Assembly (NCBI RefSeq): GCF_009914755.1
Contig: NC_060944.1
Source: the human T2T-CHM13v2.0 reference genome, Homo sapiens
Strand: one strand, 5' to 3'
DNA length: 64,000 nt
Under the pieces are notes generated by a model. It was not told where the DNA came from. It was given only the letters and a program-made list of their open reading frames with translations, and searched no databases. The position numbers and the translations under genes are program-made. Shown here in pieces: positions 14,043 through 29,206 of the stretch. Each line of letters starts with the position of its first letter. The first letter of the stretch is position 1.

Positions 14043-16415
14043 AGAGCACTCACATCTGCCAGTCAGCACAGGCAGTACAGGGACCCTGCATGGAAGCCAG
14101 ATTCCCATTAGGATGTGCACATGGCCCACATCAGTGCAGACATATGGAGACAACTCCCCTCTGGCCACAACACCCACACCCTAGACAGGGCCAGTAAACC
14201 TGGCCATCTCCATCTCAGCTGCACCTCAAACATCCCTGCTGATAACACAGCCTGTCATCCAAGGACAAGATGAAAATACAGCCAACTGGAACTCAGCTGT
14301 CTTCAGATCCATCTTCCCACTGACTTCTACAGACTTTGTTTCCTCAGCCTCATCAGTAAAAGATTTCAACAAACTGTTATTTCCATTGGGTCATTTCCAC
14401 AAATTGCCAGTCTCACTCATTCTGAGTTAATTCTTAACCATTTTAGCTTTAAGAGCTGACAGTTTTCAATCTTGCTCTCAAATTCTGATGACTTACTCAA
14501 GTCTCAACCATAATGGCAACTCACACTTACTCCGGTCTTTCTAAGCACTTTCGTGTGTTCATGTATAATTCTCATCAAAACGCTACAGGGAGAGTAGTGT
14601 TACAAGACCCATTGATGAGGAAGCTGAATGGGGAGAAGTCAGGTAACTGGGAACACACCAGGGAGTGCCAGAGCTGGGACTGCATGCAGGACTTAGTTAT
14701 CACTGTGATGTGTCCTCTTCCCACACCCTCGAAAGCAACAACCAGGCCCCAATCCTACCTGGAAGGGCCCCTCCCTGAACTTCTCTTAAGAAGCAAAAGT
14801 CAGGAACCCCAGGGGCACTCAGGACTCCAGACCACCAGTTGGAGGCTCATTTTCACCACTGTATATGGAATATGAGTAAAAATTAAATATTTCCCCAATT
14901 CTCTCAGATTAAACAAAACACAAAAGGCAAATACCATTTTTTATGAATTCACTAGTAAGGAAAAAAGTCTTCTAAAAACTTTTCAAAGAATAAAGAAGGA
15001 CTGTTTCTCATAGTTTGGCCTGGGGCTAAACCAAAGTCATGGAAAATATCACATTTAAACCAAACCCAAAGGTTTTCAGAATAAAATTATTCCCTAGGGT
15101 TAAAATCTATGCCTACCACTTTGCTATTACTTCATTGCCCAGAAAGTTAACCCAGGCGGTTTTCCGGTTCAGGGGCTCAGGGGGTTTGGGGCCAGGAGAC
15201 ATGACTGCAAACGGGTCTAGAAAATCCAGGTCTGGAGGCGCAGAGACCCAGGGCTGGCTCAGACTCAGACTCATTCTCAGTGAGTCTCAAATAACCCACC
15301 CAAACTTGGCGCTATGACCTGGAAAAGCAGCCGGCACTGCCTGCATCTCTCCAGAGGTCTTGGCAAGGAAATCGAGATACCCCCATCACAGCTCCCACAG
15401 AGGATGCACCGAGCATCGCCCCCACAACCAAGGTGGGAAGCGGGGCCTGCTTTATGAGACTGACAACTGCTCTTCCCCGCTGGCATCAGAACCTGGCTGG
15501 CCTGGTTACCTGAAATCCACCTTGCTGCCTGTCAGAGCACAGATTTGAAAGCTGATTTCCTGGGTAATCCAAGGCATCACTGGGGCCTCACTTGAGGGGA
15601 ACTGCCCACAAGAGGGCACTGTTAAAATAAAAACTCGCTCATCGGGCATGTCAACTGGGAGATGTTAGGTTTCAAGTTTCTCCTGGGTTGAATTAAGGAA
15701 CAGGTTGTGTGAGATCAAAGCCTCCCTTTGGAGTTCTGAAGAACCATTAAGAAAATCAGACCTTGTTTAATGATCTTTAATTTACATGACTGTAGATTTA
15801 AGTTGCTCATTGATTTTTTTTCTAATTCTAAAATTAATTTGGGAGAAAAAATATTAACGGTCATCTTACTTGGTATTTGTTCAAGGTTAAGGGAAAATTG
15901 AACTATAGTAGTAGACATGATATATTTTCTCAATATGCCTTTACATTCAAATCACACACACACACACCATGCTACACTAGCATCTTCCCCTATTTATAGC
16001 AGGGATGCGACCTGCCAGCCACTTCCTGTGCCTGATCCATCTGTCATCGTGAACACACCACTCCTTCTCGTCCACATCCTTAAGACCTTCCAGTGGCATC
16101 TCCAGCACCCGTACAGCCCCATGGTCCAATTCTGCTACTATTAAAAGTCAATTAGGTCTACAAACCTGAGCAAGTTCCTTAAGCTTACTGAATCTCTTCA
16201 ACAAAGAAAAATAGAGTTAAAATTTAACACATTTGATTCCTGTGAGGATTAAACAACATAGCACATATGAACACCAAGCAGAGTTTCTGACAACAATGGA
16301 AGTTCAACCAACATCAGTTTATCTTTCCTCTCCCAGGCCTTCTTTCAGACCAGGCACCACCTCTCTCTGTGAGGCTCCCATTCCCATCACTGCCATTCCT
16401 TCCTATCTTTCCCTA

Positions 16416-16537
16416 ATTTTTTAAGAGACAGGGACTCGCTATATTGCCCAGGCTGGACTTGTCCTGGCCTCAAGTAATCCTCCCACCTCAGCTCCCCAAG
16501 TAGCTGGGACTACAAGTGCGCAACACTGCACCCAGCT
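16416..16537 (-). mobile_element. Free Alu monomer (FLAM-like)
   Basis: A single left-arm monomer in antisense orientation with a T tract. Confidence 0.8.
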
Positions 16538-16659
16538 CCTATTTTTCCCAGATGTTTGATTCAGTATCTTCTGGATATAGTCGCTCCAGTCCTCCAACTT
16601 TAACATTTACATTGTCTCAGAAAGCCAACTTCCTCCACAAACCATTTACAAATGGACTA

Positions 16660-16821
16660 CATTTCTCAAATGTTAAGGTGCACACAGAGAACTGGGGATC
16701 TTGCTAAAAAAAAATTCAGATCTAATTCAGTAGGTCTTGGAATAAGACCTGAGATTTCACATTTCTAACAAGTTCCCAGGCGGTACTGATGATTCTGGTG
16801 CATGGACACATTTCAAACTGC
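16660..16821. mobile_element. MER5-like hAT MITE directly upstream of the L1 insertion
   Basis: tttctcaaa...ggggatcttg.taaaa...attcagtaggtct.gg...cctgagattt..catttctaacaag.tcccagg pattern. Confidence 0.65.
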
Positions 16822-16847
16822 AAGAAACAAGTACTTTTGGTGGCTGG

Positions 16848-16857
16848 CAAGATGGCC
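16848..16857 (+). promoter_or_regulatory. YY1-binding motif at the L1 5' end
   Basis: CAAGATGGCC at +10 to +19 of the element, the position of the established L1 promoter YY1 site. Confidence 0.75.
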
Positions 16858-17264
16858 AAATAGGAACAGCTCTGGTCTGCAGCTCCCAGCAAGATCAATG
16901 CAGAAGGCAAGTGATTTCTGGATTTTCAATTGAAGTACCCGGCTGGCTCATCTCACTGGGACTGGTTAGACAGTGGGTGTAGCCCACAGAGGGTGAGCAG
17001 ATGCAGGGTTGAGCACCGCCTCACCCCGGGAAGTGCAAGGGGTCAGGGAACTCCCTCCCCTAGCCAAGGGAAGCCATGAGGGACTGTGCCGTGAGGGATG
17101 GTGCATTCAGGCCCAAATATTACGCTTTTCCCACAGTCTTCGCAACTCGCAGACCAGGAGATTCCTTCGGGTACCTACACCACCAGGGTCCTGGGTTTCA
17201 AGCACAAAACTGGGTGGCTGTTCAGGCAGACATCGAGCTAGCTGCAGGAGTTTTTTTTTTTTTT

Positions 17265-17483
17265 TCATACCCTGGTGGCACCTGGAACACCAATGAGACA
17301 GAACCGTTCATTCCCCTGGAAAGGAAGCTGAAGCCAGGGAGCCAAGTGGTCTAGCTCAGCAAATCCCACCCCCACAGAGCACAGAAAGCTAAGATCCACT
17401 GGCTTGAAATTCTCGCTGCCAGCAAAGCAGTCTGAAGTGGACCTGGGATGCTTGAGCTTAGTGGGGGGAGGGGCATCCACCAT
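17265..17483 (-). other. L1 ORF0-like antisense ORF, 72 aa (MVDAPPPTKLKHPRSTSDC...SVGVG...GATRV)
   Basis: Internal ATG of ORF 17265..17564 in a strong Kozak context (GtaATGG). Shares MxxAPPP, SDC and SVGVG with primate L1 ORF0. Confidence 0.7.
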
Positions 17484-20400
17484 TACTGAGACTCGAGTGG
17501 GTGGTTTTACCCTCACAGTGTAAACAAAGCCGCCAGGAATTTCAAGCTGAGCAGAGCCCACCACAGCTTGGCAAAGCCGCTGTAGCCAGACTGCCTCTCT
17601 AAATTCCTCCCCTCTGGGCCTGGCATCTCTGAAAGAAAGGCAGTAGCCCCAGTCAGGGGCTTATTGATAAAATTCCCATTTTCCTGGGACAGAGCACCTG
17701 GGAGAAGGGGTGGCTGTGGGCACAGCTTCGGCAGACTTAAACGTTCCTGCCTCCCAGGTCTGAAGAGAGCAGCAGATCTCCCAGCACAGCACTCACGCTC
17801 TGCTAAGGGACAGGCTGCCTCCTCAAGTGGGTCCCTGACCCCTGTGCCTCCTGACTGAGAGACACCTCCCAGCAGGGGTTGACAGACACCTCATACGGGA
17901 GAGCTCCGGGTGGCATCTGGTGGGTGCCCCTCTGTGACAAAGCTTCCAGAGGAAGGAACAGGCAGCATATTTCCTGTTCTGCAGCCTCCGCTGGTGATAC
18001 CCAGGCAAACAGGGTCTGGAGTGGGCCTCCAGCAAACTCCAGCAGACCTGCAGCAGAGGGGCCTGACTGTTAGAAGGAAAACAAACAAACAGAAAGAAAC
18101 AGCATCAACATCAACAAAAACGACATCCACACAAAGGTCACCAACATCAAAGACCAAAGATAGATAAATCCACGAAGATGAGGAAAAACCAGTGCAAAAA
18201 GGCTGAAAATTCCAAAAACCAGAACGACTCCTCTCCTCCAAAGAATTACAACTCCTCACCAGCAAGGGAACAAAACTGGACAGAGAATGAGTTTGATGAA
18301 TTGGCAGAAGTAGGCTTCAGAAGGTGGGTAAAAACAAACTCCTCTGAGCTAAAGGAGTATGTTCTAACCCAATGCAAGGAAGCTAAGAACCTTGAAAAAG
18401 GGTTAGACGAATTGCTAACTAGAATAACCAGTTTTGAGAAAAACATAAATGACCTGATCGAGCTGAAAGACACAGCACAAGAACTTCGTGAAGCACACAC
18501 AGGTATTAATAGCTGAGTAGACCAAGCAGAAGAAAGGATATCAGAGATTGAAGAACAACTTAATGAAATAAAGCATGAAGACAAGATTGGAGAAAAAAGA
18601 ATGAAAAGGAATGAACAGAGCCTCCAAGAAATATGGGACTATGTGAAAAGACCAAACCTATGTTTGATTGGTGTACCTCAAACTGACGGGGAGAATGGAA
18701 CCAAGTTGGAAAACACTCTTCAGGCTATTATCCAGGAGAACTTCCCCAACCTAGCAAGACAGGCCAACATTCAAATTCAGGAAATACAGAGAACACCACA
18801 AAAATACTCCTCGAGTAGAGCAAAACCCAAGACACATAATCGTCAGATTCACCAAGGTGGAAATGAAGGAAAAAATGTTAAGGGCAGCCAGAGAGAAATG
18901 TCAGGTCACCCACAAAGGGAAGCCCATCAGACTAACAGTGAATCTCTCAGCAGAAACCCTACGTGCCAGAAGAGATTGGGGGCCAATATTAAACATTCTT
19001 AAAGAAAAGAATTTTCAACCCAGAATTTCATATCCAGCCAAACTAAGCTTCATAAGCAAAGAAGAAATAAAATCCTTTACAGACAAGCAAATGCTGAGAG
19101 ATTTTGCCACCACCAGGCCTGCCTTACAAGAGCTCCTGAAGGAAGCACAAAATATGGAAAGGAACAACTGGTACCAGCCACTGCAAAAACATACCAAATT
19201 GTAAAGACCATCGACACCATGAAGAAACTGCATCAACTAATGGGCAAAATAACCAGCTTAGCATCATGATGACAGGATCGAATACAGACATAACAATATT
19301 AACCTTAAGTATAAACGGGCTAAATGCCCCAATTAAAAGACACAGACTGGCAAATTAGATAGAGTCAAGACCCATTGGTGTGCTGTATTCAGGAGACCCA
19401 TCTCACATGCAAAGACAACAAAGGCTCAAAATAAAGGGAGAGAAGAATATTCACCAAGCAAATGGAAAGCAAAAAATAGCAGGGGTTGCAATCCTAGTCT
19501 CTGATAAAACAGACTTTAAGCCAACAAAGATCAAAAATTACAAAGAAGGGCATTACATAATGTTAAAGGGATTAATGCAACAAGAAGAGCTAACTATCCT
19601 AAATATATATGCACCCAATACAGGAGCACCCAGATTCATAAAGCAAGTTCTCAGAGACCTACAAAGAGACTTAGACTCCCACACAATAATAGTGGGAGAC
19701 TTTAACACCCCACTGTCAATATTAGACAGATCAACGTGACAGAAAATTAACAAGGATATTCAGGACTTGAACTCAGCTCTGGACCAAACGGACCTAATAG
19801 ATAGCTATAGAACTCTCCACCCCAAATAACAGAACACACATTCTTCTCTGCACTACATCACACTTACTCTAAAATTGACCACATAATTGGAAGTAAAACA
19901 CTCCTCAGCAAATGCAAAAGAATGGATATCCTAACAAACAGTCTCTCAAACCACACTGCAATCAAATTAGAAGTCAGGATTGAGAAATTCACTCAAAACC
20001 GCACAATCACATGGAAACTGAACAATCCATCACATAAACAGAACGAATGACAAAAACCACATGATTATCTCAACAGACGCAGAAAAGGCCTTCGAAAAAA
20101 CTCAACACCCTTCATGCTAAAAACTCTCAATAAACTAGGTATTGATGGAAGGTATCTCAAAATAATAACAGCTATTTATGACAAACCCACAGCCAATATC
20201 ATACTGAATGGGCAAAAGTCGGAAGCATTCCCTTTGAAAACCAGCACAAGACAAGGATGCCCTCTCTCACAACTCCTATTCAACACAGTGTTGGAAATTC
20301 TGGCCAGGGCAATCAAGGCAAGAGAAAGAAACAATGGGTATTCGAATAAGAAGAGAGAAAGTCAAATTGTCTCTGTTTCACATGACATGATTGTATATTT

Positions 20401-20813
20401 AGAAAACCCCATCATCTCAGCCCAAAATCTCCTTAAGCTGATAAGCAACTTCAGCAAAGTCTCAGGATACAAAATCAATGTGCAAGAATCTCAAGCATTC
20501 CTATACACCAATAACAGACAAACAGAGAGCCAAATCATGAGTGAACTCCCATTCACAATTGCTACAAAGAGAATAAAATACCTAGGAATACAACTTACAA
20601 GGGATGTGAAGGACCTCTTCAAGGAGAAGTACAAACCACTGCTCAAAGAAATAAGAGAGGACACAAACAAATGGAAAAACATTCCATGCTCATGGATAGA
20701 AGAATCAATATCGTGAAAATGGCCATACTGCCCAAAGTTACTTATAGATTCAATGCTATCCCCATCAAGCTACCATTGACTTTCTTCATAGAATTAGAAA
20801 AAAACTACTTTAA

Positions 20814-20945
<132 letters not shown>

Positions 20946-23215
20946 TGATATCAAAACAGATATATAGACAAATGGAACAGAACAGAGGCCGCAGAAATGA
21001 CATCACCCATCTGATCTTTGACAACCTGACAAAAACAAGCAATGGGGAAAGGATTCCCTATTTAATAAATGGTGTTGGGAAAACTGGCTAGCCATATGCA
21101 GAAAACTGAAACTGGACCCCTTCCTTACACCTTATACAAAATTAATTCAAGATGGATTAAAGACTTAAACCTAAGACCTAGGACCATAAAAACCATAGAA
21201 GAAAACCTAGGCAATGCCATTCAGGACATAGGCATGGGCAAAGATTTCACGACTAAAACACCAAAAGCAATGGCAACAAAAGCAAAAGGTGACAAATGGG
21301 ATCTAATTAAACTAAAGAGCTTCTGCCCAGCAATATAAACTATCATCAGAGTGAACAGGCAACTTACAGAATAGGAGAAAATTTTTGCAATCTATCCATC
21401 TGACAAAGGGCTAATATCCAGAATCTACAAGGAACTTAAACAAATTTACAAGAAAAAAACAAACAACCCCATCAAAAAGTGGGCAAAGGATATGAACAGA
21501 CACTTCTCAAAAGAAGACATTTATGCAGCCAACAAACATACGAAAAAAAAGCTCATCATCACTGGTCATTAGAGAAATGCAAATCAAAACCACAATGAGA
21601 TACCATCTCACGCCAGTTAGAATGGCGATCATTAAAAAGTCAGGAAACAACAGATGATAGAGAGGATGTGGAGAAATAGGAACGCTTTTACACTGTTAGT
21701 GGGAGTGTAAATTATTTCAACCATTGTGGAAGACAGTGTGGCGATTCCTCAAGGATCTAGAACCAGAAATGCCATTTGACCCAGCAATCCCATTACTGGT
21801 TATATACCCAAAGGATTATAAATCATTCTACTATAAAGACACATGCACACGTATGTTTATTGCAGCACTATTCACAATAGCAAAGACTTGGAACCAACCC
21901 GAATGCCCATCAATGATAGACTGGATAAAGAAAATGTGGCACATATAAACCATGGAATACTATGCAGCCATAAAAAAGGATGAGTTGATGTCCTTTGCAG
22001 GGACTCGGATGAAGCTGGAAACCATCATTCTCAGCAAACCAACACAGGAACAGAAAACCAAACACCAGATGTTCTCACTCATAAATGGGAGCTGAACAAT
22101 GAGAACACATGGACACAGGGAGGGGAACATCACATACCAAAGCCTGTCAGGGGGTAGGGAGCTACGGGAGGGATAGCATTAGGAGAAATACCTAATGTAG
22201 ATGTCGGGTTGATGGGTGCAGCAAACCGCCATGGCACGTGTATACCTATGTAACAAATCTGCACATTCTGCACATGTATCCCAGAATTAAAGCATAATTT
22301 AAAAAAGAAAGAAAGAAAGAAACAAGCACTTTTTCATACCCTACTTTTCGAGATGCCATTGCATGGATTACAACCCAGGCCAGGCAGGACAGGAATTCTT
22401 ATCCCCGTTTTAACATATGGAGACTTAAAGCAATGTTATCTAAAGAAGCTGTCAACGAGCCAGGAAGAGGCCCAGCAATGAAGCCTGCGTTTTTCCTTCT
22501 ATACTGGTGCTCCCCATTTCTAACCTCACTCTGCTCAAATAAGCAGCTTTTCCCCACCCCGAGAAATATACTTGTCCCTCTGCTCACCTGAAATGTCAAC
22601 ATCAGTGTCTTGATAGGCTTTTGGGGGCACCTTTGTGTCTGTTATTATCTGTCCACTTCACATCTACATTTTAGCCCTTAAAAGCCTACAGGCAAGATTT
22701 CTTGGACAAATTCCAGCATCATTCTAGACTCTAGAAAGATTCTGAATGAACGTTCTTTCTTTCTAGAATCCACTCTAAAACCTGTAATGATCCACACAAC
22801 CTGGGAACACATGACTTGGGTTTGAAGTTTCCTCCTAAATCTCCGCACTGAATAGGACTCAAGGTTAAGTGGCTTCTTTACTGTGCTTCGCAGCATACAC
22901 ATGTCTCCCCAGAAATGCTTTCTATGTAGAGCTCCTTCTAAACAGGAACCATATCCAAGTTTTGAAACAAATTAAAAATTATCATCATTATGCTCAAAGG
23001 TGAAAAAAAAATCAATCTTTTGAGAACTGAATTCTTCTCAGGCTTAAATAGATACTCCTACATAACACTCAGAAAGGTAAGTTAGCAAAGGCTAATTTTA
23101 TACAAAAATTACATTCAGAAAGAAATTGGCAAGATATTTTAAAGTATTTTAGGGTAGGCATGTTTTTCTCAATGTGAAAATAAATCAACATAAATATTTT
23201 GAAAATATCATATAC

Positions 23216-23329
23216 CATTTCTTGTGAAACGTAATCTGGGCTTTTTGTATCAGCAGAATAAAAAGAAAAGTCATAGGTGAAGGTCTTGGTCCGTTCTCTT
23301 CCTGAGTCCCCAGTGCCTCCTTCTGGTAT
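23216..23329 (-). CDS. KIF16B: KIF16B coding exon 3 (114 nt; IPEGGTGDSGRERTKTFTYDFSFYSADTKSPDYVSQEM)
   Basis: ttctag|ATA CCA GAA...GAA ATG|gtatat; contains the kinesin-3 FxYD and SQ motifs; phase 0/0. Confidence 0.96.
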
Positions 23330-24635
23330 CTAGAAAGAAATGATTAGAATAATAATGATAATGTAAAGAGCACTGCCATTTGACCCAAATTTCCATGTTT
23401 ATACCCTGACTAAAAACCATTTCATTCCTGCTGGCTTCTCTAAAAAAATAAATAAATAAAATTTAAATATAAACTAAACTCCTTGCAGCAATCCAAGTTC
23501 TCTGTGATATGACCCAAGAATACTATTCTGACCTTTTCTTTTTATCACTATTAACTCCTAAGAACCCAACACTCCAGCCAGACTCTGTATTTCCACCTTC
23601 AGTGATTTTTTACTGTTCCCTCCACCTAAATCCACCAGAGTTGGGCTTTGCACAACTACAAGGGTGGTATTCACATAGATCATGATAAGATTGGCACCTT
23701 CTAAAGCTGTATGATTTGGTGGCCTCACTGAAAATTCTAGGTCAGATGTCTCCTCTTTCATGACACTTCCCTTGGACACTCCATGGAGAAGTAATTTCTC
23801 CTACCTCTGACAGCCTAGACTCTTCCAGGACACATCATATTGTGAGTTTATTGCGGATGTTTGCATATATCTTGTCCCCCTTGCTATATGCTTAAAGTGC
23901 ACCTCAGAACCATGTTTTAACATCTTCATATGCTCCCAAAGCCTGCTTATTGGACATATGCTGAATAACTTCAATGAGCACCACGTTTTCCACATGATTC
24001 ACATATTATAAAAAAATTGTTATGATTCTTATGAAAACACTAAAAGTCTAGGCATCTGTTCTGGTTACTCAAACATCAGATGATAAAATGTTTAAAAAAC
24101 TCAAAAAGCAACAGAGTAATCGAGGAAAATAGATTCCATAACGCACAAAGAAAGGAGACTCATCCAGAGTCAGCGGTCTTTTACCAAAGCACTGTGAGCG
24201 TAGAAAGACACATGAAGGAAAGACAAGGTAATTACCAGCAGGGAATGGACAAGTGACAACTGGGTAGAAACATGAGAATATGCGAGAGGCCAAAGGAAGG
24301 GAAAGAAGCACAGTGCAGGCCAGATAGAGCTGGAAGGCACAAGGGTTGTGCTAAGCAGAGGAAGAAAGGCATCCAGTGGAGAATGCCTCAGGCAAAGGAC
24401 ACCAGCGCCTTAATGGAGGAAATGAAATGATCCAGAGGCTGCCCAGTTGGAAGATGGGAGCATTTCCCAGCTTCTACCATTGGAGATCAACTCGCACTAC
24501 TTTGAAATTGGATCTCAAAGTACCCAATCCTTTGAGCCACAAATTAATAGAAATCTCCTCAGATGTGAACAGGAGATAGATCTGACTTGGCCATGGAGCA
24601 TCATGTCTCAGAAACCCAGACCTAAAAGTTAATGA

Positions 24636-24866
<231 letters not shown>

Positions 24867-25494
24867 TGATTTCTTCAATATTAATTTTATACCCCCGTTA
24901 CCCTCCTCAGCGAAAAGCATTCAGTGCCCTTTAAAAATTTCCTAACCAAATAAACAAACAGGATATTTTTCAGTGCCAAAGGAGAAACTTGCCATCTTGA
25001 AAATTTTTTTTAACTTTTTTTCCAGAAAAGAAATTTGGTGGTTTTTTTTAATCTTTCCTCCCTGAGTTTTGAATAATAGTATCAGTTCTTCTTCAAGGAT
25101 TACCAAACATGATCCTCTTCATTAAAAATGGAAAAAAATATAGGGGCAAAGCTTATTTAATGTTCACAGAACACAGTCAATTGCCAGGCTAAGTCCCTAC
25201 TACGAGGACACAGGATGAAAATGCCCGAATCTGGGATAGACTCAGGAGCTCCTGGACCAGAGCAACAGCTTGGATTTGGCTTCCAGATCAAATAAAGCCA
25301 GGAATGGGAAAGGAAACGGGATCAACTCTTCTGCTTCAAGACTGAGCCCAAGCCAGGTGCAAGCTGACGTGGCTAACTGCACTGGAAAGGAGGGTGTGGA
25401 AACAGCAGACAGGCTTTATTTACTCATTAGTCATCCCCACAGTAAAGCAATCATGGGGCTCTTGGAACTTAAGCAAGGCCAGGTCATGACTTGC

Positions 25495-25564
25495 CTTTAA
25501 GTTTGTGATTGTCGTTTTGCTTTTCTCCATCTGAATAATGAACTTGGCCTCCAAGTCCTTTTCC
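25495..25564 (-). CDS. KIF16B: KIF16B coding exon 2 (70 nt; (R)EKDLEAKFIIQMEKSKTTITNLK); GC donor
   Basis: Minus strand reads ttgcag|G GAA AAG GAC...AAC TTA AAG|gcaagt. The peptide matches the KIF16B N-terminal motor region and joins exon 3 in phase 0. Not in the ORF track; found by manual translation. Confidence 0.95.
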
Positions 25565-26793
25565 CTGCAATACAAATAATTCAGTAGTGGTTAGAAGAGA
25601 AAAGATTATTAAAAACAAAACAAAACTAAACCCATTTGTTTTATTTACTTTTTACGTTAGGAGTTTATTTTCAAATGGCATCTGAGGAGCAATCCCAGAC
25701 ACGGCTCCTCCCAAATCCTTACTAATATAACATGAAGATACGCAAAATGATGCCACCATCAACAATTATGGCTGATACACAGTGTGTTGTTAAACCCTGA
25801 AAGAATTTCCAATTGTAAGCCAAAAGAAGAGTAAATGAAATAACAGACACCACAAAGAGCTAAGACTCACCAAAAAAAAGTAGCCCCCCTCACCTTGTTA
25901 CAAAGAGAAAGAGACCTTAGCCCCCTACCCAAGATGAAAACCAAAGAGAAAACTGGAGTGGTTACAAGCAGGTGCTGCTTCCAGAAGCAGCCAGGGCACT
26001 GTTCCCTCCTCCTACCTTCTTTCTACATCTGTTCAGAAACTGCATTTCTCAGAAAACAGCAGAACAGGAGGACTCCTAAAGAGTACAGTTCCCTAGAATA
26101 AATGACCATACATTTACCCAATGGAGTGTGACGCCACTGAACAAGGAATGAGGAAGATCCCTATATCTGTTATGGCGTGGCCACTGGGATATACTGGGAT
26201 ATACTGTTCAGTGGAGACAAAAGATGGAGAAAATCTATGTAGAAAAATACAAATTATATTTAAACACTTTTTTAAAACCTATGTATTTTTCAAAAGGCTA
26301 CCTAGGAAAAAAAGGGAAATTGAGGATAAGGATTTGGGGCAGACAAGGGAAGTGGACAAGGATAGAAGCTAGATTTCTGCAAATATACTTTGATCTGGAG
26401 GTCATCTTTAGAACGATAAAAATGATTTATGCAAAAATAAAACAAGAGTTTCAAAAAACAAGCTATAATTTAGAAGTAAGTTGAAGCGAATGAATCTAGC
26501 TGTGTACCACAAAGTGAGAAACTATTTCAATTACGACTCTATAGAGGAATTTGACTGTATACTATAATGAGATATATCCTAAAAAGAAAAAGAACTACAA
26601 AGAAATCTTAAAGCATTTTTAGTAATCATATTTTTGGTGGTAATGTAAGTGCCATTATTCTGAGATTTCTGTCTGTGTACTGTGGGACATTACAAGAGTA
26701 ATGATGTTGGTGCCCTAGAGAACCAAGGTTTTTGAAGTGGCTGAATGAGATACAAACATAAGTTTGATGAGGTTAAGTAAAAACTGTAGTCCT

Positions 26794-27133
<340 letters not shown>

Positions 27134-27330
27134 TCATCCAAAATTTAAAAAACAAACAACTCCCTTGCTTTGTCCATTGAAAAGGCCTAGAATCTTACAC
27201 TCAAATTATAGCCTATAAATAACATTTTCCACTAAAATAAGTCAGGGTTCCTTGGAGAAGTGATTCAATCCAAATACTGAACCATCTCTTCACACTATAA
27301 AGCAGGAACACTAACACAGGTCACTAGGGC

Positions 27331-28191
<861 letters not shown>

Positions 28192-28945
28192 AGGACCCTG
28201 TCAAAAGGACTCAGGAACCAACCTGCATAAGTTCCTGCTGCCCAAAGTTGAGAAATCTGGACAGCAAAGAAACTAAAAACCAACTGAAATAGATAGAATA
28301 TATTTAAGCACATAAACTCATAACTTAAAAATAAAAACTCAATGGTCCCCTCTGAAAGATCAAAGGATCTGTCTCATTATTTTGAAAACTGTTAAAAGAA
28401 AGAATCAAGCATTTATCTTGCATTTCCAAAACTATCTATACTTCAAGTAACCAAACAACTGTGAAAGAAAGTTTCTCCTTTAGAGATATTCCAGCTAAAA
28501 AAATAAAGAAGTAATAACAAAATATCATTTCGTCACCCCTGGTGAATTAATGGCTCTAGGGAGGGACCACCGATGGTTACCAGGCCAGCCACTGTGAGAA
28601 AACCAGGTACGAGGTGTATTCTACCTGAAGTACCAACGCGACTGCCCCAGGGTTCCTGTCCTTCCCTCCCAGGGATGGCCTGACTCTGACCTAGAGCTGC
28701 CCTATAGGGAACCAGCAGGAATGACAAGTGTAAGTGGGAACACGCCAATGTTCTCAGGTGGGGGAATCGGTAAAATCCAGCCTGTGGGAAAGGCAGCAGG
28801 GTAAATGACTCAGCATATTCCAAATTATGACAAATTGCAAAGAATATAACGATGAAAGGGAAATCTAAAGCTAGAAAAGACATTAAAGACATATCAACCA
28901 ACTGGATCCCAATTCAAACAGAAAAAGCACTTTGAAAATTATAAC

Positions 28946-29206
28946 CATTTGGGAGGCCGAGGCAAGTGGATCATCTGAAGTCAGGGTTCGAGACCAGCCT
29001 GGCCAACATGGCAAAACCCCGCCTCTACTAAAAAGACAAAAAATAGCCGGGTGTGGTGGCGGGCACCTGTAATCCCAGTTACTTGGGAGGCTGAGGCAAG
29101 AGAATCGGTTGAATCCAGGAGGCGGAGGTTACAGTAAGCCGAGATTGTGCCATTGCACTCCAGACTGGACGACAAGAGCAAAACTCCGTCTCAAAAAAAA
29201 AAAAAA
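28946..29206 (+). mobile_element. 5'-truncated Alu (AluS-like)
   Basis: Begins at ca(c)tttgggaggccgagg, with no A-box; TSD aaaattataac (28935-28945, 29207-29217). Confidence 0.92.
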
